Part shown: piece by piece, positions 9,871-20,168 of the stretch
Position numbering within the stretch: position 1 is the stretch's first letter
How the letters are laid out: every line of letters starts with the position of its first letter
Assembly: GCA_031290435.1 (NCBI GenBank)
Contig: JAITNQ010000004.1
Location: 442-64,441, forward strand
DNA from: Candidatus Symbiothrix sp.
GTDB taxonomy: Bacteria > Bacteroidota > Bacteroidia > Bacteroidales > Azobacteroidaceae
Length of the DNA: 64,000 nt
Direction: 5' to 3'
The notes under the pieces: generated by a model
The model's database searches: none
The model's input: the letters and a program-made list of their open reading frames with translations, nothing else
What the model was told of the DNA's origin: nothing
Made by a program: the position numbers and the translations under genes

Positions 9871-11238
9871 TTATTTTGCCAGTTCGAATTTCAAGATTTT
9901 TTCGAGTTCGGTATCTTGCGGACGAGGCGCATCTTCTGTAACCACATTCCCTTTTTTATCAAAAACCAGATAACGTGGAATAGCGTTGATTTTATAGTCT
10001 TTTTTTATCTTGCTTTCTCCATTCCCGGCAAACAGATGAACACCGGGCAATCCTTCCGATTCAATCATTTTTATCCATTTTTCCTTATCTTTATCGGCGT
10101 CAATCGAAACACCCATAAATACCACGTCTGTTCCCTGCATTTTCTTTTCAAGCGCTTTCAAATAAGGAAATTGCTGGCGGCACGGCCCACACCAAGTCGC
10201 CCAGACATCTACTACCACAACCTTTCCCCGGTATTCGGAGAGAGAATGTATCTTCCCGGTCTGGTCGGGATATGAAAAATCGGCGGAAACAGCGCCGGCT
10301 TTCGCTTCGTAAAGCGAAGCCCCAAAATCTTCCGCCCGCATTTTCTGATCCGGCGTTACAAAATGATTTCCATAAGTCTGCATGAATTCCAAATATTGAT
10401 CGTATGTCTTGATCCGATTTTTGTTAAATAACAAAAATTCGCCTTTCAAAACCGGATTGGGAATATATTCAATATCCGATGTAAACGACAGGGTGGTATA
10501 AGGTATTTTATTTTCTATCCTGTTAAATGTAAGATAGTTATACAAAATCTTCATCCCTTCCGGATATTTCAGAATGTCGTCTGATACAAATTTCTTTTCC
10601 GATACCACAGAATTATAATAGGAAATCCTGTCTTTTTCTTCCGGTTGTGCTATTCTGGGCGTGAAAAAGAAGGTCAGAAACCAACAATCCATATCATAAT
10701 CTATCTTATTCCTGAGTATTTCATCAAACGCGGCATTTCCGCTGTTGAGCGTTTTTTTGATACTATCCGTTTTCCCTACTAATTTTTCAAATTCGGGATA
10801 GAAGTCTCTGAAGGTCGACATGGCGTCTTCGCCGATGGTATATACCTTGTTATAGACGCTCCGGGAATCAGCCAGCCATTTATACAGTTCCTTATTCTCT
10901 TTTGTATTGTCGCCCACAAGCGATGCAATTCCCCCGGCAAGTATGTCTAAGTTGGCTTTATCGCCTGCCCGTAAGTACAACAGACAAGACAATCTACCCA
11001 CGTTTAAGGTATAGAATCCATCATAAGGCGGCGCAAACAGGAATCCATAGGTACGTTCCTGGCCTATTTTTGTTGATGCGATATTTTTGGTAGCGCCATT
11101 CTCAACAGCAGAAAGCGTGATTTCGTTTCCATTTATTTCCAGACTGCCCTTTATCTCGGCATATTGAGGCTGTTGGGCGAAACATACCGGAGATAAAATC
11201 AGGAGTATATATAAAATACATGAATGTTTTATACACAT
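9871..11238 (-). CDS. TlpA/ResA-like exported thiol-disulfide oxidoreductase
   Basis: Signal peptide; C-terminal thioredoxin fold DVWATWCGPC ... AIPRY. Confidence 0.9.
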   Translation of the reverse strand: MCIKHSCILYILLILSPVCFAQQPQYAEIKGSLEINGNEITLSAVENGATKNIASTKIGQERTYGFLFAPPYDGFYTLNVGRLSCLLYLRAGDKANLDILAGGIASLVGDNTKENKELYKWLADSRSVYNKVYTIGEDAMSTFRDFYPEFEKLVGKTDSIKKTLNSGNAAFDEILRNKIDYDMDCWFLTFFFTPRIAQPEEKDRISYYNSVVSEKKFVSDDILKYPEGMKILYNYLTFNRIENKIPYTTLSFTSDIEYIPNPVLKGEFLLFNKNRIKTYDQYLEFMQTYGNHFVTPDQKMRAEDFGASLYEAKAGAVSADFSYPDQTGKIHSLSEYRGKVVVVDVWATWCGPCRQQFPYLKALEKKMQGTDVVFMGVSIDADKDKEKWIKMIESEGLPGVHLFAGNGESKIKKDYKINAIPRYLVFDKKGNVVTEDAPRPQDTELEKILKFELAK

Positions 11239-12906
11239 TTATTGTGGGTTTTTGTAATCGACATTGATTATTTTTCCGAATCCTGTCCACTTCATATCAA
11301 TCTGATAGCCGTCAACCGTAGGTGAAGCCGGATGCTTGGCTAATATCAGATTACCCGTTCCGTCTTCCACCTCATAAAAAGCCAATTGTCCGTTCTCTCC
11401 CGTTTGTCCGGCAGGATTATAGGAGGCAATGACCATCTGGTTGGTTCTGGGAAACCGGATGGCGGAATTCTTCATCTTGCTTATCTTGTGTCCGGCGGGT
11501 AAAACCTGCGCGGTAATATCATCCAAGGTAGTCATCGCACTGGTATTGATCCGGTAAACACGGTCTTCCGAAGCGAGATACAGGTAAGGTAAAGTACTGT
11601 GGTAAGCATAGAATTTGATATTATCTAAGTTCGTGCCGACCGGAAATTCCGCTTTGCCGCTTTGACTTGCAGAAGTACTCAGATAATTATTAACAACAAT
11701 CTCTCCAACGGTCATTTGCAGAAATTCATACCGGTTGGTTCTGGTATTGTTGACTATTGCATATCCCAAAGAGATTGTCCGGTTATCCATATAAACCAAG
11801 CGATAGTCGGGGTCTTGCCAATCAAAGTAAGTTCCATTAGTAAGCCTCGTTGTATGCAAAAGCGTTGATGAGCTGGCGTTCAATTCGTTTGATCCCGCCA
11901 GATGCGCTTCAAAACGGTTGTGTGTTTCATCAAAAAGGATAGCTCCTCCGGATGTCATAAAAATGTAAGGAGCGGCCTTGTAAGGCGCTTCATTGACAGA
12001 CATGGAATTGACCGGCAAATTATAAAACCAGGATACCATAACCCAGTTGTGAAAAAAGTAATTTCCATTGGCATACAGGTAATCCTTTCCATAAGAAGAA
12101 ACGTGATTGCTTACCGAAAAAATCCGATCCGCCACCAGATTACCGTCTGCCGGACGATATTTGGGATTGAGCGCCATCAATCGGCTTGAGAGGTTAAATT
12201 CCGGAATGTATTCCATATTTTCCACCCGCACCCGGTCTGTGCCCTTGTCGGTCAGAATCCAAATTGCATATTTCCGGCCGCTTGCTGTGGGAGAAGGGGA
12301 AAGATAGTCGCCATAACAGATCAAGTCGATCGGTTTTCTATCTGTTCGCGGCAACGCCGAATCGTAAACGTCTAATACATTGTGGTATTGCGTCAAGGTA
12401 TCCCTGTACAATGAAATCAAATCAATGTCGAAAGTATTACTCTCCTTTTCACAAAGCACAATATAACCGACCAGCATCCGATCCTGTACGACCACGGAAA
12501 ATAAATAATCGTATCTTACGCCGGTAGTCAGGTTGGTTATGCAGTACATGATCCGGTAAGTACCTGCTGCATTGATTAATCCACCTATGATTATATCTAA
12601 GTTTTTTTGATCGGAAAGAATACCTGCCGATTGCTTGATAGTACCGGTGCTTTGCATCAAATGCCATTCATACTGAAAAGCGTCATGCTCCTCGCCTAAT
12701 GAGAAAGTAAGTACAGGCGTTATCTTAAAAGACTCACCTAGACCCACATAATAGGGAGTAGCACTGATTCCGGCGATGTCTACCGTGTTAATTTCCCAAT
12801 AATCATAATTTCCTTTATCTTCGATACAGGAGGTGAAAGCAATAAAAAAGAAGATCATTATCCATCCTGTAACTTTCTTTTTATTAAAAATATCTGTATG
12901 TGTCAT
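11239..12906 (-). CDS. PKD-like family lipoprotein
   Basis: Lipobox FTS-C-IEDKGNYDY, an N-terminus typical of PKD-like Sus-locus lipoproteins. Confidence 0.75.
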   Translation of the reverse strand: MTHTDIFNKKKVTGWIMIFFFIAFTSCIEDKGNYDYWEINTVDIAGISATPYYVGLGESFKITPVLTFSLGEEHDAFQYEWHLMQSTGTIKQSAGILSDQKNLDIIIGGLINAAGTYRIMYCITNLTTGVRYDYLFSVVVQDRMLVGYIVLCEKESNTFDIDLISLYRDTLTQYHNVLDVYDSALPRTDRKPIDLICYGDYLSPSPTASGRKYAIWILTDKGTDRVRVENMEYIPEFNLSSRLMALNPKYRPADGNLVADRIFSVSNHVSSYGKDYLYANGNYFFHNWVMVSWFYNLPVNSMSVNEAPYKAAPYIFMTSGGAILFDETHNRFEAHLAGSNELNASSSTLLHTTRLTNGTYFDWQDPDYRLVYMDNRTISLGYAIVNNTRTNRYEFLQMTVGEIVVNNYLSTSASQSGKAEFPVGTNLDNIKFYAYHSTLPYLYLASEDRVYRINTSAMTTLDDITAQVLPAGHKISKMKNSAIRFPRTNQMVIASYNPAGQTGENGQLAFYEVEDGTGNLILAKHPASPTVDGYQIDMKWTGFGKIINVDYKNPQ

Positions 12907-12967
12907 TTTTGTAATTTTTATTTTTAATGTGAATTTTTTTCCGTTAATGCGGAACGGTTATTTATCT

Positions 12968-13804
12968 TTACTCATAATAGATGGCATAGGGACCAAGCTC
13001 CATCACGCTTCCATCATCTTCAAGCAAAGGTTCACCGTACGTTTCCAGATAACTCGCTAAATAGATGTTCAATGATCTGCAAATCATGATAAAAATCTGT
13101 ATTGGAAATTTAAGATTGTATGCAGCGGAAGCTGTTTCCACTTGTGGGTCATACGAAAAATACGGTCGATCTAAACTGCATAATTCACAAATCAATCGGA
13201 ATTTTTTTTCCGTAAAAATGCCCAGATAAGGCCTGAATCTTGAGGCTTCATAAAAGGCCCATAAATTGGGAATGCCGCTTGCATTATCAAACAAAACGCG
13301 GTATTCTGTGGAAATGATTTTTCCCGCATCGTTAATTAATACGTGCCGGGTGGTGGTATAATTCGTCTTAAAATATTCGTTTTCGACCAACCGAAGAGAT
13401 GCCTTCAATACTTTTCCGTCCAAATTGGGCGTGTTTTTCAGTTTTACCACTATATATCCATCTCTTTTCCCGGCGGGGATAAAAGAACTCTCCTGAAGCA
13501 ATTCTATATCGGCGCTCTCTTTGGCCGTAGAACTTGTATCCACCAATATAAATTTAACGGGACGATCGTAATCGGCCAGATTTCCCATCACCCTGACAGG
13601 TATCCGCCGAATAGAGTCTTCCTTTATTTTGACATCGTAACCAAAGTGAATATAAACCGAATCAATTACATCAAACGAATAAAATTCAGATGCATATCTG
13701 AAATAAATCTCATCGTTCCCGCTGTACGTCGGCAAACCTTCATATTCGCAGGAGCAAACAAACAATGTCATCGACAATAATACAAATTGAATATATTTTT
13801 TCAT
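12968..13804 (-). CDS. DUF4843-like lipoprotein
   Basis: Lipobox VCS-C-EYE; IYF, PVRVMG..DYDR, LRLVENEYF, LGIFTEKKFRLI; lies directly after SusD. Confidence 0.7.
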   Translation of the reverse strand: MKKYIQFVLLSMTLFVCSCEYEGLPTYSGNDEIYFRYASEFYSFDVIDSVYIHFGYDVKIKEDSIRRIPVRVMGNLADYDRPVKFILVDTSSTAKESADIELLQESSFIPAGKRDGYIVVKLKNTPNLDGKVLKASLRLVENEYFKTNYTTTRHVLINDAGKIISTEYRVLFDNASGIPNLWAFYEASRFRPYLGIFTEKKFRLICELCSLDRPYFSYDPQVETASAAYNLKFPIQIFIMICRSLNIYLASYLETYGEPLLEDDGSVMELGPYAIYYE

Positions 13805-13822
13805 TGCAATAAAATATTAGCA

Positions 13823-15352
13823 TTAATTATTCAGTTCCGCTTGTGGAACCGGAACAAGGTAATTTTCGGGTAAAATATCTTTTGTTCCGGACGCAGTAGC
13901 GTTTATTATTTTCGTATTTCCCCTCCGTTTCAGGAAGAAAAATGCCTGTCCTTCGCCATAAAATTCTTTGTAATATTCCGTTTCAAGGATATCGTAGGCC
14001 CTTTCTTTCGCAATCGTAGCAGGGTCAGGTAAAGATGTATACTGTACCCCTCGGTGGAAACGAAAAGCATTCAGATAAGTCATGGCTTCCGGTATCTGCC
14101 CTTTATTGACCATGTTTTCCGCAACAATAAAGAATAGCTCTCCTGTTCTTATCAGCGGTTGTATGTATTCTTTGGGATTATAAACAATGAAACTATATTT
14201 GGTAAACTTATTGGAGATGAGTTGTCCGAAACCAATTCTGCTGGGCGACCATTGTCTTGCACGGATATCTTCCCAAAGGGAGATGTCGGTCGTAGTAATA
14301 TCGTTCCGAAAGATGTTGTAGCGCAGATTATCCTCATGCACCACATAAGTCGAGCCTTCCTGATTGCCACCGGTATTGGTTTCCCAATTGGTATACAAAT
14401 CTAAGTTGTGTATAGCAAACAGTACTTCCGGATAAAAAATAAAATCTCTGACTTGCTCGTCGGTGATAGTCGTCTTATTAACCCAGTAGAAAGGTTTACC
14501 CGATTCGGCATTTTCGCCGAAAGCTTCGGAAAGCGCTCTTTCTGCTGTCTCAGCCGCCTCTTCCGAATTGCCGAAATACAGCAAAGTCCTTGCTTTCAAG
14601 GCCAATGCCGCAAAATAATTCATCCGAAAATTGCGGAAATATCTGGCAAACACTTCAGCGGATGCAAGACTTTGAGAAGAAGTTAGTGAAAAATCCAGTA
14701 TTTTACCTTCCGTTCTAACCGGATCGTTTTGCAAAAGCGTTTCCGCCATATCCAGATCGGCCAACAGATATTGCTGAAAATCCGCAGCGCTTACCGGGTT
14801 GTGGGGAATCACTTCCGGCGATTGGTTGTAGGGAATTTTCTGTATATCGTTTATATCGCCGAACAGGCGGAATAAATCAAGGTGTAGAAAAGCCCTCAAG
14901 CCGTAAGCCTCTCCGAGCAAGCCATTTTTTTCGCTTTCAGGCAACACTGTTGTTTGCTGTACATTTTCGATAAACCGGTTTATTTTGAAAATGGCATCAT
15001 AAGCATCAATCCATATATCCGTAAAGGATTGCTTTGGATAACTTTCACTATATCTGTAATTAGCCATCTGTTCAAACCGGATATACTTTCCATTGGCGTA
15101 AGTATTATCAAGGTAATAATAATAATGCGCCAAAAGTTCCACATCGGTTGTTGTCAGCCTCTCTCCGTATAAATTGGTGTTGGACAATGTTGTGTAAAGG
15201 CCATTCAATACGGAATTGATGCCCGGTTTCGTAGCAAATTGCGCTTCTTCCAGATTTTTGTCTTTGGGCAAAGCCCCGTCTAACCAGTCTGAACAAGCGG
15301 AAATAAAGAGCGGAATAAAAATTAGGACTGTATATAATCTAATCTGTTTCAT
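13823..15352 (-). CDS. SusD/RagB family outer-membrane lipoprotein
   Basis: Lipobox ISA-C-SDWLD; GEAYGLRAFLHLDLFRLFG, EYYKEFYGEGQAFFFLKR, PVPQAE. Confidence 0.92.
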   Translation of the reverse strand: MKQIRLYTVLIFIPLFISACSDWLDGALPKDKNLEEAQFATKPGINSVLNGLYTTLSNTNLYGERLTTTDVELLAHYYYYLDNTYANGKYIRFEQMANYRYSESYPKQSFTDIWIDAYDAIFKINRFIENVQQTTVLPESEKNGLLGEAYGLRAFLHLDLFRLFGDINDIQKIPYNQSPEVIPHNPVSAADFQQYLLADLDMAETLLQNDPVRTEGKILDFSLTSSQSLASAEVFARYFRNFRMNYFAALALKARTLLYFGNSEEAAETAERALSEAFGENAESGKPFYWVNKTTITDEQVRDFIFYPEVLFAIHNLDLYTNWETNTGGNQEGSTYVVHEDNLRYNIFRNDITTTDISLWEDIRARQWSPSRIGFGQLISNKFTKYSFIVYNPKEYIQPLIRTGELFFIVAENMVNKGQIPEAMTYLNAFRFHRGVQYTSLPDPATIAKERAYDILETEYYKEFYGEGQAFFFLKRRGNTKIINATASGTKDILPENYLVPVPQAELNN

Positions 15353-15363
15353 ACTATTATTTA

Positions 15364-18300
15364 TTAAAATCGTGCGGATAAATTCATAATCACTGTCCTT
15401 TGGAAAGGATATTTTGTACTTCGCTCAACCTGAATTGAAGTCAGGTTGAAGAAATCTTCCATAGAGAGGCTCAGACTCAAGTCTTGCAGCCTTACGGATT
15501 CCAACCATTTTTCACCGGTAAAGTTCCATGTTAATTTAACGGATTCGCCCCTCAAATAATCATTTTTCTGTATGAAACGGGAGGATACAGGCGTCCGGTC
15601 GGTGGTTGATGACACCATTTTTATGGTTTTAAATTCGCTGATATCGCCGACTTCTTTCCAGCGATCATACAAAGCGCGTTTGTCCTGATTATAAATTATC
15701 TTTGAGATTGAAATATTTTCAACCTTGTTGAACAATGCCTCATTGAACGTATGGGCGCCTGTATAATAGCGCAAGTTCGTATTCAGCATAAGTTTTTTGT
15801 AGCGAATGGTAAAGCCGACTATACCTTCGACATCCGGTCGTTTGTTGGCCACCACTACCCTGTCGTCCGGGTTATACACTGTGGTCGGCTTTCCGTCTTT
15901 TGTCAGGAAAATTTCCAGACCGGTAGCCGGGTCTATTCCCAATGAGCGAACCGCCCAGATATCTTCCGGACTTTTCCCATCGACATAGTGTTGCAGCGAT
16001 TGCAGCGACAAATCCGCATTCGTTTCTTGTTTGTAAGCTTCGTTCAATTGTTCCAAGGAGTTGGCAAATCCGCCGTAAGTGCCTTTATTGTGTCCGCCGG
16101 TAAGCCTGACGCTGAACAATAATGCGTCTTTCGGCCGGTTAATAATATTGTAATACACCTTGAATTCATAACCTTCTGTTCTCAAGTAACCTAAATTAAG
16201 CGGGTATAAGGAAACACCAGTTGAAGGACGTTGACCAAGCGCTACGATTTGCGGGTCGGTGAGATGCCTGTAAACATCCAAATTGACTTTCAGGTTGTTG
16301 TTCAGAAGCCCTGCATCCAAACCGACCGACAGTTTTTCAATCACCTGCCATTGCAAATCAGGATTACCTACTTGCAACAGATAAGAAGACTGTCCGAAAA
16401 TATTGTTTCCCACATAATAAGAATAAATGGAACTGGTGCTTATTGTGCTGTTCTGATTTCCATTGGTTCCGTAAGACCCGCGCAGTTTTAACTCTTTCAA
16501 CCAAGTCCAATTTTCTGCAAAGGCTTCCCGATGGATATTCCATCCCATTCCGGCCGACCAAAATGACTGAAAATGGTTGTTTTGTCCGAAATTAGTGGAA
16601 CCATCCATATTATAATTCAAATCAAGCAAATAGCGGAAGTTATAGTTGTAATTAAACGCACCGACGAAACCCACAACACGGGTTTTTACCGTGGAATAGT
16701 CCGGACGTTGTCCCGGATCATAAGAAAAGGCATACGAAGGGTATCCGACCGCTCCTTCAGGGAAGCCTACCGCCTTGAATGATTCTATGGTTTTATTCGC
16801 TTCCTCTATATTGTATCTGCCGATAGCCGTAATATTATTTTTCCCGATAGATTTCAGATAATTCAATGACACATTGGCTTTGTACGACCATGAAGACGTA
16901 TAAGCGCTCTTATAACTGCCTTTCTTATCATAAGCATCATTGTCGAACGAGGAATGTCGCGGATCCATGAAATCAATCTCGTTTTCCATTGTGCGTTTCA
17001 AACTCAGATTTGCCCGCAGTAACCACGCCGAAGATATCGACCAATCAAGAGAAGTATTGTTGGTCACATGGAATATATTGTCATCGTGCCGGGTATTCAA
17101 GTTGGAATTGTACAAAGGATTAACGGCAGTATACTGAGTCTCAGCGATATCAGCAATCTGATCCAAGTATTTGGGAATCGTTCCGTCAGCTTCTCTTTTA
17201 AGGTAATACGGATTAGCATTCACAAATTCAGAGAAAGATTCCCAAGGACCTTCGGCTGCATTTGTTCCTGACAGTGTAATGTTGTTTTGAATATTCAACC
17301 CTTCTATGCCTCTGTAGAGAAGTTTTATATTTCCGCCGTATGTATCGCGTACGGAACCTTTCATTACACCGAGATTGTTTTTGTAATTGACGCCTACGTC
17401 AAACAACAGATTTTTTTCACCGCCAGAAATCGTTACGGAGTGGGCCTGGGTAAAGGCGACCCGAACAGGTTCATTCAGCCAGTAAGTATCCCTGCCCGAC
17501 TGCACCCATGCCAAACGTTCATAATAAGCTTTTTGATTTACAACGCCATCGTCGATCGTCGGAATGGAAACATCATATTCATCGCCGCTTGTACGACTAT
17601 AACGTCCGGCAAGACGTTCAAACTCCAATTTTTCAGCGGCGTTCATCATGTTGTACACACTCAAATCAGGCGTAGCCAACTGAAAATCGCCATTGTACGA
17701 GACAAAGAATTTTCCGGGAGACGGACGAAGTGTTTCGATAACAATGACACCATTGGCTCCTTTCGATCCGTAAATGGCGGTAGAACCGGCATCTTTCAGA
17801 ATCGTAATGGACTCTACCCGATTGATGTCCAAGTCGTTTATTTCCTGTAGGCCGGCTTCAAATCCGTCTAATATAAACAAGGGCAAATTGCCCGTATTCG
17901 TTGCAGATGCCTCGTCCTGAACGGAAGAGATATTCATGGTGCTTTGTCCTCTCACCTCAATGTTCGCCATCACGTTTGGGTCTGATCCCGACAGGCTATT
18001 TTCAATAATTACAAATGCAGGATCTAAAGACTTTAGACTCTGAACCAGATTGGTATTCCCAATGGATTTCAATTCATCCTTGGTAATGGCAGTGTATGAG
18101 CCGGTAAAACCCAACTTATCGCGTTTAAGAATACCTGCTTCGATTACTACTTCCTGCATTAATTTAACATCTTCTTGAAGCGTTATTTTCAGCAAACTTT
18201 CCTTTCCAGTTACTTTGTGTTCCTGCGTTTTGAATCCAATAAACTGGAATGTAATCACATCGCCTTCCGAAGCAGTAATGGTAAACTGTCCGTTTCCATC

Positions 18301-18474
18301 GCTGGTTACAGCGTTTTTTGCTGTTTTAATAGTAACGCCGGGAAGCGGCCCTTTGGTTTCAGCATCCGTTACGATACCCTTGATAGCTTGCTGAGCTATA
18401 GTTATTAAAGGAGTAAAGGCAAAAACCAACACACATAGAAATTTTAATAAAATTTCGATAGCGTCTTTCCTCAT
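15364..18474 (-). CDS. SusC/RagA family TonB-dependent transporter
   Basis: Signal peptide (likely ATG at 18474), N-terminal extension domain, plug motif PLFILDG...ESITILKDAGSTAIYGSKGANGVIVI, GNPDLQW, C-terminal Phe. Confidence 0.95.
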   Translation of the reverse strand: MRKDAIEILLKFLCVLVFAFTPLITIAQQAIKGIVTDAETKGPLPGVTIKTAKNAVTSDGNGQFTITASEGDVITFQFIGFKTQEHKVTGKESLLKITLQEDVKLMQEVVIEAGILKRDKLGFTGSYTAITKDELKSIGNTNLVQSLKSLDPAFVIIENSLSGSDPNVMANIEVRGQSTMNISSVQDEASATNTGNLPLFILDGFEAGLQEINDLDINRVESITILKDAGSTAIYGSKGANGVIVIETLRPSPGKFFVSYNGDFQLATPDLSVYNMMNAAEKLEFERLAGRYSRTSGDEYDVSIPTIDDGVVNQKAYYERLAWVQSGRDTYWLNEPVRVAFTQAHSVTISGGEKNLLFDVGVNYKNNLGVMKGSVRDTYGGNIKLLYRGIEGLNIQNNITLSGTNAAEGPWESFSEFVNANPYYLKREADGTIPKYLDQIADIAETQYTAVNPLYNSNLNTRHDDNIFHVTNNTSLDWSISSAWLLRANLSLKRTMENEIDFMDPRHSSFDNDAYDKKGSYKSAYTSSWSYKANVSLNYLKSIGKNNITAIGRYNIEEANKTIESFKAVGFPEGAVGYPSYAFSYDPGQRPDYSTVKTRVVGFVGAFNYNYNFRYLLDLNYNMDGSTNFGQNNHFQSFWSAGMGWNIHREAFAENWTWLKELKLRGSYGTNGNQNSTISTSSIYSYYVGNNIFGQSSYLLQVGNPDLQWQVIEKLSVGLDAGLLNNNLKVNLDVYRHLTDPQIVALGQRPSTGVSLYPLNLGYLRTEGYEFKVYYNIINRPKDALLFSVRLTGGHNKGTYGGFANSLEQLNEAYKQETNADLSLQSLQHYVDGKSPEDIWAVRSLGIDPATGLEIFLTKDGKPTTVYNPDDRVVVANKRPDVEGIVGFTIRYKKLMLNTNLRYYTGAHTFNEALFNKVENISISKIIYNQDKRALYDRWKEVGDISEFKTIKMVSSTTDRTPVSSRFIQKNDYLRGESVKLTWNFTGEKWLESVRLQDLSLSLSMEDFFNLTSIQVERSTKYPFQRTVIMNLSARF

Positions 18475-18516
18475 GTTTGATTTATTAATTTTTTTAATGT
18501 TATTTCGAATACTTTG

Positions 18517-18524
18517 CAAAAGTA
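18517..18524 (-). promoter_or_regulatory. -7 box for the susC operon
   Basis: TACTTTTG on the minus strand; its position favours the ATG at 18474 over the TTG at 18519. Confidence 0.55.
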
Positions 18525-18619
18525 TAATAATTTCTTTGAATATGACATATATTACTTAATAATTAACAAAAAAAATCATGTTTTTCCGCATAATCATCAT
18601 TACATCATCCCATTTTTTG

Positions 18620-18627
18620 TATCTTTG
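18620..18627 (+). promoter_or_regulatory. -7 box for the GHL10 gene
   Basis: TATCTTTG, 26 nt before the ATG. Confidence 0.6.
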
Positions 18628-18653
18628 TGGTTAATATTATAGTGTGAATACGC

Positions 18654-20168
18654 ATGAAACAGCTATTATCCGTTCTATTAGCGCTTCTTTTCTCTTTCTC
18701 CACTTTTTCGCAAACCGCTCCCAAACGGGAATTTCGTGGAGCATGGATACACGTTATCGGCCAAAGTCGGTATCAAAACATGAATCCCGATGAGATGAAG
18801 CAATACTTTATTAATATGCTCGACCGGCTTCAGTCGTGTGGCATCAATGCCATCGTATTTCAGGTACGTCCTGCCGCAGATGCATTTTATTATTCTGATA
18901 TAGAGCCATGGAGCCATTACCTGACTGGCGTTCAGGGTCAGCCGCCACCCGGAAATTTCGACCCCATGGCATTTCTTGTCGAAGAAGCGCACAAACGAAA
19001 TATGGAGTTTCATGCATGGCTGAATCCTTACCGGGTTACAGCCTCGGAAAACGATGTACTTTGCGAAAATCATCTTTATTACCGCTACCCGGAACGTTTT
19101 GTCAAATACGGAGCCCGGATTTATTTCGACCCGGGTTTACCAGAAAACAGGAATCATATCTGTACGGTGGTAAAAGACATCGTCAGCCGCTACGCTGTAG
19201 ACGCTATTCATATGGACGATTATTTCTATCCTTATCCCATAGCCGGTGAAACCTTTAACGACCAAGCAAGTTTCAATCAATACGCTTCCGCTCAAGGCTT
19301 CAGCCCCAGCGATACGGACGATTGGAGACGTAACAACGTGAACCTGCTGATAGAACAAGTCAAGCAGACCATCCTGCTTGTCAAACCATGGGTGCGGTTT
19401 GGCATCAGCCCTTTCGGCATCTACCGGAATAAAAAAAGTACACCGGACGGGTCGGGTAGCGAAACCAATGGTTTGCAAAATTACGATGAACTTTATGCCG
19501 ATATTCTGCTCTGGACCCGAAAAGGATGGATAGATTATTGTGTCCCGCAACTGTATTGGGAAATCGGACACAAGACCGCAGATTATGAAACTTTGGTTGA
19601 ATGGTGGAGCAAAAACGCCAACAACCGTCCGCTTTATATCGGACAAAGCATAGCCCGGACAGTGAAAGTTCCGGACACAAAGTTCCCCGGCACAAACCAG
19701 TTGCCTCGTAAAATGCAATTGGTCAAAATGTTTCCGAAAATAGGCGGAAACTGCTGGTGGCCTGCATACGATATACTGAATAACACCGGCGGAATCGCCG
19801 ATAGCCTGCAAAACCATTATCAGACCTATCCGGCTTTGATTCCGGCATATACGCATTTACACAAAAAAGTGCCCAAAAACGTAAAATCGCTCAAAGCCGA
19901 ATGGACGCCTTCCGGCTATCTCTTGCATTGGAAAAAAAACGGAGACCCACAAAATCCTGAAAAAGCGCAATATTATGTCATTTATCGCTTTAAAAACAAG
20001 GAGAAAACCAATCTGAACGACCCTTCCAAAATTGTCCTGATCACAAAAGATACTGCTTACCGCTTGCCTTACAACAGTGGGACGGAGAAGTATAAGTACA
20101 TCGTCACTTCCGTCGACCGCTTCCACAACGAAACAAAAAAAGGCAAATCCAAAACCGTGAAGTTATAA
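18654..20168 (+). CDS. GHL10 (YddW/DigH-like) exported glycoside hydrolase with a C-terminal Fn3-like domain
   Basis: KREFRGAWI, FQVRPAADAFY, FHAWLNPYR, IHMDDYFYPYP, FGISPFGI, PQLYW. Confidence 0.9.
   Translation: MKQLLSVLLALLFSFSTFSQTAPKREFRGAWIHVIGQSRYQNMNPDEMKQYFINMLDRLQSCGINAIVFQVRPAADAFYYSDIEPWSHYLTGVQGQPPPGNFDPMAFLVEEAHKRNMEFHAWLNPYRVTASENDVLCENHLYYRYPERFVKYGARIYFDPGLPENRNHICTVVKDIVSRYAVDAIHMDDYFYPYPIAGETFNDQASFNQYASAQGFSPSDTDDWRRNNVNLLIEQVKQTILLVKPWVRFGISPFGIYRNKKSTPDGSGSETNGLQNYDELYADILLWTRKGWIDYCVPQLYWEIGHKTADYETLVEWWSKNANNRPLYIGQSIARTVKVPDTKFPGTNQLPRKMQLVKMFPKIGGNCWWPAYDILNNTGGIADSLQNHYQTYPALIPAYTHLHKKVPKNVKSLKAEWTPSGYLLHWKKNGDPQNPEKAQYYVIYRFKNKEKTNLNDPSKIVLITKDTAYRLPYNSGTEKYKYIVTSVDRFHNETKKGKSKTVKL

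Noticed and set aside
18654-20168. GHL10 as the CAZyme of the adjacent SusCD locus
   Set aside because: Divergently transcribed from its own promoter; the family includes the peptidoglycan hydrolase DigH and is widespread outside PULs
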